Positions 10,601-22,600 of a DNA stretch of 64,000 nucleotides are shown here, piece by piece (positions within the stretch are counted from its first letter, which is position 1; each line of letters begins with the position of its first letter). Below the pieces are notes generated by a model, which was not told the DNA's origin, did not search any database, and saw nothing but the letters and a program-made list of their open reading frames with translations. This DNA is from Raillietiella orientalis. Lineage: Eukaryota. The translations under genes and the position numbers were made by a program. The stretch spans positions 310,001 through 374,000 of the forward strand of contig JAYWIR010000020.1 of the NCBI GenBank assembly GCA_036172245.1. Direction: 5' to 3'.

Positions 10601-13600
10601 TTTTCCACCCTATCAAAAGTGTTTGGAAAAAAATGACATGAAGATGTATGTGTTTAGAACCACCAATACATTTTTGTTTCTCTTCTTCGTTCTTTCTTTA
10701 CATCGATCGGCCATTATTTTGAAATGATCCTCGTAGCTTCTCTACAACCGATTCTCTGGGATCTCTCCTGAAAACTTCTTGCCTCGCAGGCAATAGCCAA
10801 CTCATCACTAAATTCCAGCTCGAGGTACAGTGGTGCATTCTGCTAAACCAAGCAAAGGAAGTCTACTAATGTCCGAGCAGCTTGCAGATCATCGATGTCC
10901 CACCTTGCATGAGTGTTCGGAATCAACACTCATGACCACTGTGTTAGAAGCAAAACCAAAGCTTCTTTTTCCACATCACAAAGAAGAATTAAAAGTGTTC
11001 GCCGAGTTCTTTCGTTCCATAATGCAGGCAGAAGAATTCATTCACGCGCACATCCATTCATTTGATCAAATGCAATTTTTCCCAGGGGGTCGACTTTTCT
11101 TGTTCCTGGATAAACTCACCTCTGTGTTGAATTCCCCAACTCGCACAAAATAAACATCCTTCGGGAAATCGGACATGCAATGAGATACGGAGAGGAGGTG
11201 ATACTCCGATATGATGACAGCTCCACAGTAATGCCGGCTCCTTGATCCAGTTCGTACCAGCACTGAGGCCTGGAAGGTGAAAGAATCATTTGGCACTTGA
11301 AAAATTCATGGACAAATAGCATCATTTCTTTAGAGACGCCTCAGATGCTTTTCGGATCCAGAAACACTCTCCAGAAAGAGCCATCCGATGCATGCTTCAG
11401 GAGGATGCATCCCAGCCGCAAGAATCAACACAACCAGGCAAAAATAGTTCAAGGACGAAAAACACCGTGATAGGAACATGTGCTCATTTCGAGCACTACG
11501 TTTCCCGAGATTCATCCTCCATCTGTAACACTAGACATGCATGCAGTCAGGAGTATAGAGATACTTTCACAGATCAGTGAGTTGTCACAGTGACTTTGAT
11601 TCAACTACTCAAGATGTAGTAAAGTGGAGATGAAAGTGGGAAAATTTGAAAAAATTCCTTTTCCTTTTTGACAGCAAGGTCCCTTGCCTTCCGTCGAGAC
11701 TTATCTGGAGCTCCTATCAGCGTCCCTTCTTCCAGTTTGTGAGTTTACGAGGTAGCTGGCAAATTCGAAGAGGCAAGTGAGCATCAGACGCTCACTGGAA
11801 ATTTTCCGCTTCCTCTTCTTCAGGAGAGATCGACTTGCTGCTACATATTTTTTTTTCTCATGATTTGATTCCATCATCAATCTCTAAAGCGCCTCTTCAG
11901 CTTCCCTCAGGGATCAAACGAAATAAGCTCTTAATCCCAGTTTCCGGTCACTCGTTGGTTCCACTTTCAAGGACCCTCCATGATCTTTGTCTCACAGATT
12001 TGTCTTGCATTCGACTTTTCTCCACCACACATTAATGTGGCAATTCTTTGCAGCAGCATGCCACCACGTGATTTGACAGGATCCTCTTAACTGTAGAAGC
12101 AGATCTTGCATCCTGATGAACGAAAGGTCCCTAATGTACCGAAAAGACATCGATGCCCTTACTCATTTTTTCTTTGTCTCAATGTCGTCAAGCTTTCTGT
12201 ATTTTCAGTCTCTCAACTAGTTCTCATTTTTGAAATTATCCCGAAAGTCTTCAACCACTCCTCTGGTGTTGTTGCACTGTAAATTCGGACTCGGCAAGAT
12301 GGGGTTCACCTTCCTGTAACGTCGTCCGGTATGTCTCAGATATTTTCCATGTTATTTTTCCACTCAGATTGTTTTCATCCCTATTGCAGCTATGATGGAT
12401 TGCATGAGGACTTGCATGAGGGATTTCCGGCTTCAGAATTTCGCATTCCTCTTTCTCTTTGCTTTCTGGTGAACGCAAAGTGCAAAAGAGCGAGAAGAAA
12501 GAGGCTTACAGTAACATGACGATATTTTTCAGGAAAAAAATTATCTTTTCTGCTTGAGATCACTCCTATTCGGATGCCCACAAAAAGCATCCTGCTTCAA
12601 AATACGCTTGTGAGTGCCCTTTGAACATTCCCAATGAGAATCATCTCTTATCTCGAAGGACGAAATCCTAGGAAGAAAAGTAGATGTCAGGAGAGTGAAA
12701 GATTCAGCAGCATACAATCGATATCTTTCAGTTATCTTTTTCAGAAGGCAGCTTGCTGCTTGTCCATCTCCGAGAAGGGCGAGAAATCTGTCTTCTTCCT
12801 TCCGCATGTTGAGACTCCCTTCTACTGAGTAGCAGTGAGATGATCACTATTGAAATATTTAGAATGAGGAACTACAGTTTTCTTCCCCTTTTTCCCGTTC
12901 GATCATTCGTGGGAAGAAATGAAAAGATCAATCACTCTGTTAGCGAATGCTCCACTTCTGGTTCGTGCAACGACCAAATCCATGACCTTGGTGTTCTCCG
13001 TAACCCTATGTTCACTTATGTGGCCAGGAAATCTCGTGTTGAGCATAAGTGCTCACTGCCATCCCAGTGAAATGGAGATTTACTTATTGAGCACCGCGGA
13101 CATGTCGAATAATAAAGGCAACCCTTAAGGAAATCTCTCTGGAGACAATCGAAAAAAAAGAAAAAATGCAGTTCTGGATTAGCAGCCCTGCCATCCGATC
13201 ACGGCGTGTTCCGGAGTCTCGGTTTAGGTCGAGAACAAGGCATCAAGCTTCTTTGCGCATTCGAAAGAGTTTCTTTTTGCTCCTGCAAAACCATGAAAAC
13301 AGCTGAGATTCTGTAAAACCAGAATCTCAGCTGCTTCCATGTCTTCTGCCAAAGCCGCTCTCACACCACGTTTCCTGCTTCCTATTCCCATCTCTTCTTC
13401 TACAAGAATGACTCATGCTCAACTGATTTCCTGCCATGACGGCATTTTCCGGCTGACAGTTCTCGCTTGCAGCATCACTTGGACCTTTTTATAGCATCAG
13501 TGCATCCTCAAAGGATCGCATAACATTAGGAGTAAGAGATCTATTGTGTCGATCTCTTGGTCCTTCATGAGATGCTTCCTGCTCATCGATAAAGGAAACA

Positions 13601-16600
13601 AGCAGTTCTCCTTAGTCACCCCTACGCTACTTGCAGATTCCCTCCAGTCCTTCCCACATAATTTGAGAGGAACGCAGAATCTCCATTTCTTTCTTGCGGG
13701 TATCTAAGAGATGATTCGTATGCAGCCCGCCTAGTGTAGGTGATCAAGGAGACGAAAGAAAAACATGATAGTGCCGAATAGAGTTACTGACACAGAGTTC
13801 TCTCCATCTACACCGAGAATTTGCACCAACCTGCCAGGGATACGCGCCAGGTGATGCTGTTTTCCCGCCCACAACTTTGGCGGCTTGCTCTAAGGGGGAG
13901 ACGGGCACGTTCTGGTTCGCCTTGATGCCACATTTATGGACCCCCTTCAGAAATGGCTCCTTCATGGCAGCATTCGACTTCCTGGCTTCTTGCCCACAGC
14001 TTACTGACACATCCTCATCGTGGTCGCAATTATGCTGGCCCCATTTGGATTTTATGCATCTTGTTAGGGTGCTTTCGATTCCTGAAAGAAAAAAAATAAG
14101 GAGCAAAGAGAACAAAAGACACGCTATCTTCATTGAAAGCATGGGAGGAAATTGTGGTTGAAAATTAGAAAATTTCAAAAGGATTCTTGCCCGTTGCATC
14201 CTTATTAAGCCTAGATTAAGGGAAAATGAGATGCAGAATTATTCTTGATTAGCTTTGTCTTCTCACGAAGACACATCTCGAGACTCAGTGTAGAAATGCA
14301 ACATAGAAATCGAGAGGAGCTGCAGTGTTCAGAAAATTGATTGACGGTTTTTCTGAGAGACAGAGATACTCTCTGGCACCATCTACAATGCCTGGTACTC
14401 GTCTTTATGGTCTGCTTCTCGTGAAGAAACGCGACAGATGCTCAAAGCGGCGAGCAGTATGGACGCGGGCACTTAGAGGTTTTCTTCCTGTTCGGTCATT
14501 TTATTGGACTAGTTTTGCAAGTTTGCTCTCCGACACGCACAGCTTTTCCGAAAGATAATGAACTCGTTCCAACGGTCATCTACTTTCTCTCCACATTCAG
14601 TTGTAGGGATGTTCATCAGGGAAGAGCACAGTGATCAGAGCTCTCCAACTCCCACATTCCTGAAGGCAAATTCATAGCTCTTGGGACTGTTTGTGACCAC
14701 TGGCATAGATTTCCTTCGGTCGTCTGATACCGCCAGAGGAAATCCATCGCATTTTCTCCAGGAAGAGGACCTCTGAAGGCATCCGTAGCATCTTCTCCGA
14801 CTGAAGAATGAATAGGGTGATGTTGATGTACTGTTTGCCCTTTGCAAAAGTGATACAAGACCCATAGATTTGCTCAGGAAGATGCAGCCAGTTGGACATC
14901 AGCATGAACAAATTTTTCAATTCAGTGGAACAGAAATCTTAGAAGTGAAACAACCGTGAATTTGAACCTGAGACGGATGTGAAGACTCAGCATCTAACAA
15001 AATCGGATGACACTTATGTTAGCGCTCACATCTCCAGCGCTACCTTTGTTGTGCGCGGACGGTGCTGCAGATGGAGTCACTGAGAAACAAGAAAGAGTTG
15101 AAGTGGTTAGAATTACAGTAGAGGACATCGGAATTCGGAATTACGGAACTTAACGGGTTTCGGAATTACAGTAGAGAGATCCAGAAAGTCGGATGTTCCT
15201 GCTCGGAACTAAGCCATTGGCCATGTACTGAGCAGTGAGGCCTCCACGTAACAGGTGTGAAGAACAGTCCTACACGTTTGCAGGATCAGGAGTCGGGAGG
15301 GACAGTGACCTCCACGTTCTTCCACAGGATCCTTGCAAACTCTGTCTGAAGGGTCCACACGTGATCTCAGACCTGCCGTTGGGGCAAATAGTACCCCAAC
15401 GACACCCTATTCACTTTTCATCCTCCAATCGGAGAAGATGCGATGGATTCCTCTGGCGGTATCAGGCGACCGGAAGGAATCCATGCCAGTGGTCACAAAC
15501 AGTTCCACGAGCTATGAATTCGTCTTCAGAACCGTGAGAGTTTGGGAGCTCTGATCACTGTGCTCTTCTCTGATGAAGATCCCTACAACTGGATGTGAAG
15601 AAAATGGATCAAAAAAGGAGGAGGGACTCCTCGAAGAGTCGTCCCGTCTGCAGACTAAAAAAAGATGTGGAGAACCACAATTCAGGTTCAGAAAGAATGG
15701 CCAGGAAAGATGGCCAAGTGCAAGGATGTTTATAAGGGGGGGGAAAAGAAAAGAAAAGCTCTGGCAAAGCTATTTCGACTGCTGCAAGGCGGACAGGGAT
15801 TTGGGGAGGAGAGTTATAGAAGAGAAAGGAAACTACTTGAGGTCAGAAAAAAAGCGGGAAAACTCCATGCAAAAATAGCGACAGCACACAGTGCTGGATT
15901 TAGTGGAAGATCAGTGTTAGCACAGCGTGGATCGAGAGCTCCATTCATATGTGGAGCTTGCATATGGAATGCTTCCATGTGACCATTGCAATGGCTACAC
16001 TGGGGGGGGCTGGCATTGGGAGAGTCAGGGTTGAATTCGAAAGAGGAAGATCCCGGTAGGGAAATATGAGCCGCCCAGTGATTGAGGTTGCATAAACGGT
16101 TCGAGGCTGCGAAATGGAAGGCATCGGAAGGCGAGGCTCAGTTTCGCTCATGGGAACCGTTTCTGAGAAGGTCAAGGAGACTCTGGTGGTCCTTCACTCT
16201 TTCGGAAAGGAGAACAGTGAAGTTTGCAAAGTACCGAGAGGATAGAGGATTCGGAATTCATCCTGATTTGAGGAAAATAGGAACAAGGATGATGAAGGGG
16301 ATGCTTTCGAGTTCTATGCCTCGGACACCGTCTTGAGACTTATCTCGAGCCGCAGAGGTCGGCAGGAAGTGAGCTCCAGAAGCGCACACAAACCCGAGAA
16401 AAGCATAGCCTTCCTGTTTCGTTCACGTGCAAAAAGCGTTGACACCCGTAAATGCACCCTTCCTCTTCCAGAGAGACGGTGTCTTTACGACTTTCGTGCG
16501 CGGAGAATCCCGGAGCTCTGGACTTTGGCTTGCTGTAGCGGCAGGGAGCTGCGAGTCCCTGTGTCCTGAATGCCGAACCATAAGGGAGTCGAGTTCCCAC

Positions 16601-19600
16601 CCGGGTGGGTGGTGCTGGTACGAATCCGCATCCCGAAGAAGAGAAAACATCCCAGAGATGTTTTTTCCTGAGATAATCCCAGAGATTTGCTCGAGAGGAC
16701 ACAGGAAGAGAGGAAGGAAAGAACTGGAGGAATCTCCCAGCGTCTTCTTCGGGCTGGAACCTCGAGGAGCATCTTTCCTCGCGGCTGCCTCAACCTCAGC
16801 CGTGTACTCGTGATTGAGACCTCCGAAAAGCCATCGGTCGGTCAGGACACTCGGCGTGTGGTGAAAAAGGAGTGGACTCATCAAAGTGGGGAGAGGTTGG
16901 GGATGTGACAAGGCCTCGATGAGGCAAGCTCGAAGACGTTCGAAAGAGAAGCGCTCGCGCGGGCTTACCAGAGCAATGCACCTGGTCCAGCCAGATCTGC
17001 GACGATCCCGGACCGAAATGAGCTCCTGTGTAAGGGAAGGCGGGTCCATTCAGCCCCAGCATTCTGCAGACGACCTGAGAACAGATAGCAACAGATAATG
17101 GAGGACGGAATGAGCTGGGTATGAATACGAGCCCCTCGAGTAGAGGTATATGTGGAGGAGAGTGGGCTGACCCTCGGGTCAGCCTTCTCAAGGCTGCACT
17201 CTGCACCATTATGCTCTCTTTGCTTCTGTGCAAGGATGGAGATGGGACGCAGGTTCTCACATTCCCCAGAGCGTCCGACAGGTGGCTCTCCCCATCCGCG
17301 CGTACCTTCCTGCCACCTTGGTTCCGAAATAGCGAAAAAGTGGGAAGAAGGAAAAGAAGAAAAGGGAAGGGGGAACGACTCAAGAAAGCGACATCGAAGG
17401 AAGATGTAAGAAGGTAGCCATAGAAACGAACAGCAAACGGAAAACGCAACGGAACGGATGGGTTGATGGCAGAAGAGGAAACAACAGCAGCAGCAGCTGG
17501 TGACGCCTCCCAAGAACCAAGGACTTCAGCATAGGGAAGGATGCGGATCAAAGCCAACAACGGTGCACCTTCTGGAACATCGAAAGCTCTCGCGAAAGGA
17601 CAGGAGTTTACCAACAGGGAAGGAATGGACAAGCCCCATAGCGTCAGCCCTTCAGAAGATCAATGGCAACGTGCATTCTGTGAAGGGGGAGGGAAGAGAA
17701 GGCCCGGCAGCGGTGACTACTCACGAATCGGAGGACTTCCCGTCGTACCCTGTGAAGAGAAATACAGGAAGCGAAACGGAAGCGGCGGGATGCCATGAAG
17801 CCAGAAAAGGACGCTGAGATCCCGAGGTACCCAGGGTTCTTTCTTGGAGCGCCTGTCTACCCGACGTCTACTTCCAAAGGACGGAACTTCCGAAACGTTG
17901 GAGACTGTCTGGGACAATGAAAAGGACGAACCGAAGCAAGAAGTAAGAGGGATGCGGCCGCGGTGGAGGCGCACTCTTGAACAGTGAACCGAAGGAATGA
18001 CCATCGAGTAGGTAAATGCCACGGAATATAGAGGGAAACTAGCAGCGCGACTCTGGGAGAGAGGGAACGCACTGTGGCCTATGGGGGCGCGGACCTTGCA
18101 AATCGATTCGCTGTGACCTGCCGATCGAAGAGGCATGGAAGAGAGGTCTTCCACTCACCGAGGCATCAGTCGAAATAGAAGATGGACGCAGATAGCCCCA
18201 CCAGTGCGTGACCCTTCCTGCCCATTGGTGTCGTCCTGTCGTTGGTCAGTCGTCGGTTAGCGGGGCGGCACGCTCGGAGCAGTGACCGAGCAACGAAAAA
18301 GCCAGAACGCGCGTGCGCGCGACGGGAAACCTCCACTCTGTATCCCCCGACCCAAGGACGCTCGTCGATAGTTCTTGCGCTACGAGGTAGGCAGCGCTGC
18401 ATACAGCGGTGGCAGCGCTTCTTTCCCGGTGTGATGATCAACGCTCTGTCGGGACCTGCCTTTCGGAGATCCTGGAGTGGCTCTGCAAGGGGCCTCACAA
18501 GCACGGTTCAGTAGCGCCCCGGCATGCCTGAGGGTACACCAGCCTCGCGCTTGCGGTGTCCGGTCGGATGGGGAGAAGGAGGAGGAGGGCAGTTTTCCAG
18601 AATGATCCTCTGCGGCTACCCAAGGATCATCACCATCCGAAACCTCCCTCCCCGTCTTGAGGAATCCAAACACTCGAAGTACTTCGATCTTCCTTTTCCC
18701 GAGAGAAGAGGTGATGTGGACGACAGATTGCTTCCTCTTCCCAGGAATTGGGAAACATTTTTCAATGCTTTCGGAAGGGGAAGAAGAGGGGAATGCGGAT
18801 GCGGTGGTAGAAATATGGGCTTCGTCTTTTTCGAAGAGACACACGAGTGCAGGATGATGACTAGTAGGCTGGGTGTAGTCAAGATGGTGTGTAGGGGGAA
18901 GAAAGCCGATCGGCAGTATCGATAGGGCTGGAGGCTCCGAGGAATCCACAGCTAACAGCAGATAGGGACGCCTCTGGCGACCGTCCCATCCCGTTCTGTG
19001 TGCTTTTGTTGACAGATGTGCTTGAGCAGTCTCGGGTGGGTTTCCGGACCAACTCAAGAAACTCTCCTCCATCCCACCCCCACCCACCTAGAGGGCGGGT
19101 CCAGGTTCTCGGGAACTCAAAAATCCCAGGTGCTTGCCCTGAAGCTACTCGGAATGTGGGGCTGTCCACACGATGAGCGTCCGGACATCTTGGCTGAGGA
19201 TGAAGCAAGGTCAGCCCACCGCTCCCGAGGACACAGGAGTCGACGAAGATCTTTTCCCTCCCCCGCCCGTCCCCTGCAGGGTTTGATTTCTCTGCTTGCG
19301 TAGAAGAAGCCGGCAGAGGTTCAAGAAAAAAGCCACCTCGATCGCGTCTTCCTCTCCAGCACGGTCGTGGCGAGAGAGTGAGAACACAGCTCCTCTCCAA
19401 GGGCGAACTTCTTGCAGTGGAGGGGCCGTTTGCTGATCCGCGTAGCAACGGTAGCAAAAGGGGAGTGGCCAGGGTCTTCCTGCTGGTGAGCTAGGAATGG
19501 GGAAGCTGGCCAAATGGATGAGGCCAGCTCCTTCATTTGCATGTAACAACAGGAGGCAGAAGAAGAGCTGGAAGAAACAGAACGAGGAAGAGAAAGAGGA

Positions 19601-22600
19601 GAAGAGGAAGGAGCGAGGGAAAGACCCTTGCCAAGGAAGGAGCTCAGCTGGATAGCTGCAGCCAAGCCGGGAGAAGTTCGGCTGGAACTCGTGCGGAGGG
19701 AAAGATGAAGCCGAAAATCTCACACCTTTGGCACACCTGACCAGCCCAGTGCAGCGTCCATGGAATGGCCAGAGCACAAGCATTCGTCTCCTGGGCAACC
19801 AGATCTCTAAAGGCTTCGGATATCGAAATGCATCAGTCACACAGGGGAGAACAGGACCCCCTGCGTCGGGTGTCATGGAGACGGCTGGACTGTTCGCTCA
19901 GGAGGTCGACTCACCGAACCAGGAGAGGAGGAGGCCAGGACGAGGGACGTCGAGTTCCCGCTACCAGGGGCCGCAAGTGGAGCTCCCTTGGCTCCTGTCG
20001 AGCTTTGCGAAACTCGGAAGAGGATGCAGGGTCGAAAGTCTTCAAAATTTCGCCGTCTCCCTTTCCTTATCCTCCTCCTCCTCCACAGGGAGTTCAGGGA
20101 AAAGCAGGGAAGAGTCCGGTCGAGGGCGTCCCTGCTTCAGCAGCAGTTCTCCTTGCCTTCAACGGGACGGTGACTCGGAAGTCGGAGGACACGGCCCCCG
20201 GGTCTAAGAATGATCGCATCCAAGACGAGGGAGATGGGATGAAAGGGGAAAAAACAAAAAGAAAAAAAGGGATAAGAGGAAGACGAACGCGACACGGATT
20301 CTGGGACGGCGTATTCGTCTCGAAGGACTTCGGCAATAGGACCTCGGCGACAAGTTCCGTGAACGGAACGAAAGGGGGAACGAGAGAAAGGAGAGGAAGG
20401 GGAGGAGGAACTTCTCCTTGGAAGAAATCTCGGGACCATCCCCTCCCCATTGTCGTTCTCTTCTTCTCTTCTTTCCCTTGTTCCTTGGCCGATCCCGATG
20501 AGAGATGTCGATACAGCTCCGCGGGGACCGCAGGAGCTCGGCGAACTCCGAGGCGCAGACGGAGAGAGCACTCTGTGGGAGACTGCGAGATGCCTGCTCA
20601 TCCCCACTCCCACCGGCCATTCGCCAGACGGCCTTGCCAGGTCTTCTCTCTGCGGGTGGTGCTCTGAGCTATGGATCTCTTCCTCCTCCTCCTCCTGGAT
20701 CGCACAACTTCCTCAGAGAAGAAGACGAGGCTCAGAGCTGAGGGCGGAGCCATGAGAGACGCAACCCGGAACAGCTGCCGCTGCTGCTCACCGGTTGCGG
20801 CATCCTGGGGGTACGGGGGACCCGCTTCCGTTGGAGGCAGGATTCCTGGGAGAGGAACAGGAGCCGGAAAAGGAAGAGCACAAATTACGGCGTGAAGGAA
20901 AACGTCAGGGTCCAAAGGGAATGGGTGAGGGGTGGTCTAGCAGTACCTCCCCCTTGATCGGGGATCGCGAGACGGAGCAACCTTTGCCGAGATCCTGCCG
21001 AGGGCTCTCCTAGGGACGGAACGCAAAGGAAGCCACCAAGAGCAACGCGCGGAGGAAGTGAAGCTGTGACAGAGAGGAAAGAAGAACAAAGGAGAAAGGT
21101 CAATCTGCCCCCTCCGTCCTCGGGGGGCAGGGCAAAGGGCGCCTCACCTGGGCTTCCGCCTCCCCGAAGCCGTCGTCGCAGATCGTCCCCCAGACGCCTT
21201 TGTAGCGGATCTCCACTCTTCCGCTCTGGTGATCTGGACCGCTCATCAGGCGCAATGCCACAGGTTGCTGCGACCCACGACGTTCAACTCCCCTGCCCGG
21301 CTCTGTTTCCCCCCGGGCGTACCTCACAGATCGATGCCTGCTCGTCCGAGGAGTCGTTGCAGTCCCTGAACCCGTCGCACAGGCTCGCGATCTCGATGCA
21401 CCTCCCGTCGCCGCACATCCAGTGGTTCCTGGGACACGCCTCTCCGGGAACCAGGCACGAGATGGCTAGCACCTAAACAAGGGAGAAGGGAGAGAGACTT
21501 TCCAGGTGACCTCACAAGTTCTCTCGCAGCCGCCTCGAAGTCCCGTCGCTCGCCGTTTTTCGACCTTCATCTGCAGCTTTCCATCGATGGTCTCCCGCTT
21601 CACATAGGCCACTCCTATCCACATGTCCTCAAGTTCATTAGTTCCTTTCGCTTTCGCCCCGCGTCCAGAGGCTATTTCTGATCTCTTTTCCTTTCTTGAA
21701 TGCTCTTCCCATCCTGATCTCTGCCCTGTTTGTGCTTTAGTCGATGCGCTGTTATCTGAACCACCATTATCTTGTTTTATGCCTTCCCTTCTGGACTGCT
21801 TATCCTTTTTTATTTCCTTATTTTTGCCCTTAACTTCGGAAATACTTCCTCCTCCCCCCTGCCTTTGACTTCCGCTTTTTTGTCACCCTGTTTACCGTTG
21901 CTTATCTACGTTTGTCTACTTCGATCTCTCTAAGCACCCGTCTCTTTCCATCCTTTCATTTTTATCTCTTCCCGTTTCTTCTTTTGCTGTTTCCTCCCTC
22001 CTGCTTGCCGCGTGGTTGTTTGAGAGGAGACTGGTGAGTGATGAAAGCATCGATCCACCTGGCGGTCGGCGCGTGAACTGAGCCCAAGCGAGTAGGAGTA
22101 CTGTGGTGTCGCTTGAGGGGCCTCTGCTTAACGCACTTACTACGCGACGCATTCGGGCGGGCAGAATGGAAAGAAAGTGCTCCCTAGCGAATCCGCGGGT
22201 AGGGGGCAGTCCAAAGAAATCCCGGGTGGCGCCGGATGCCGGCTCCAGACGTTGCCACCCGTGCTCCAGCCGGCGCACGTCGACATTGCTGGACCAACAG
22301 CCATTTCGGAGACCCTGCGGAAGGCGCGCGGATTGGACTACAGTCTAGAGCACACATCTTCTCCGATGATAAGTCCGGAGGTTTGGGGGCTTCTGGGAAG
22401 GCAGACTATTGTCATGGTCCGAATGCGTCATGGTAGGGAGACGCTCCGTCGAGCTCCCCGAAGATGAGGATGCTACCAGTGACAGAAGAGCACTCAGGGT
22501 CAAGTGTTAGGAGGCTCCACATGTTCTAACGGCAGCCCGAAGGACTTCCCGAGAGGATGATATTCCCGTAATTGGAGGTTCACGGTTTCCAACCAAAGTT

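Noticed and set aside
17500..17820. Possible LTR integrase relic (IKANNGAP...INGNV)
   Set aside because: Similarity too weak, catalytic residues not evident, no LTRs found
22205..22310. Resemblance to an HDV-like ribozyme on the minus strand
   Set aside because: L3/P1.1 cytidines and the J4/2 catalytic C-containing strand are missing
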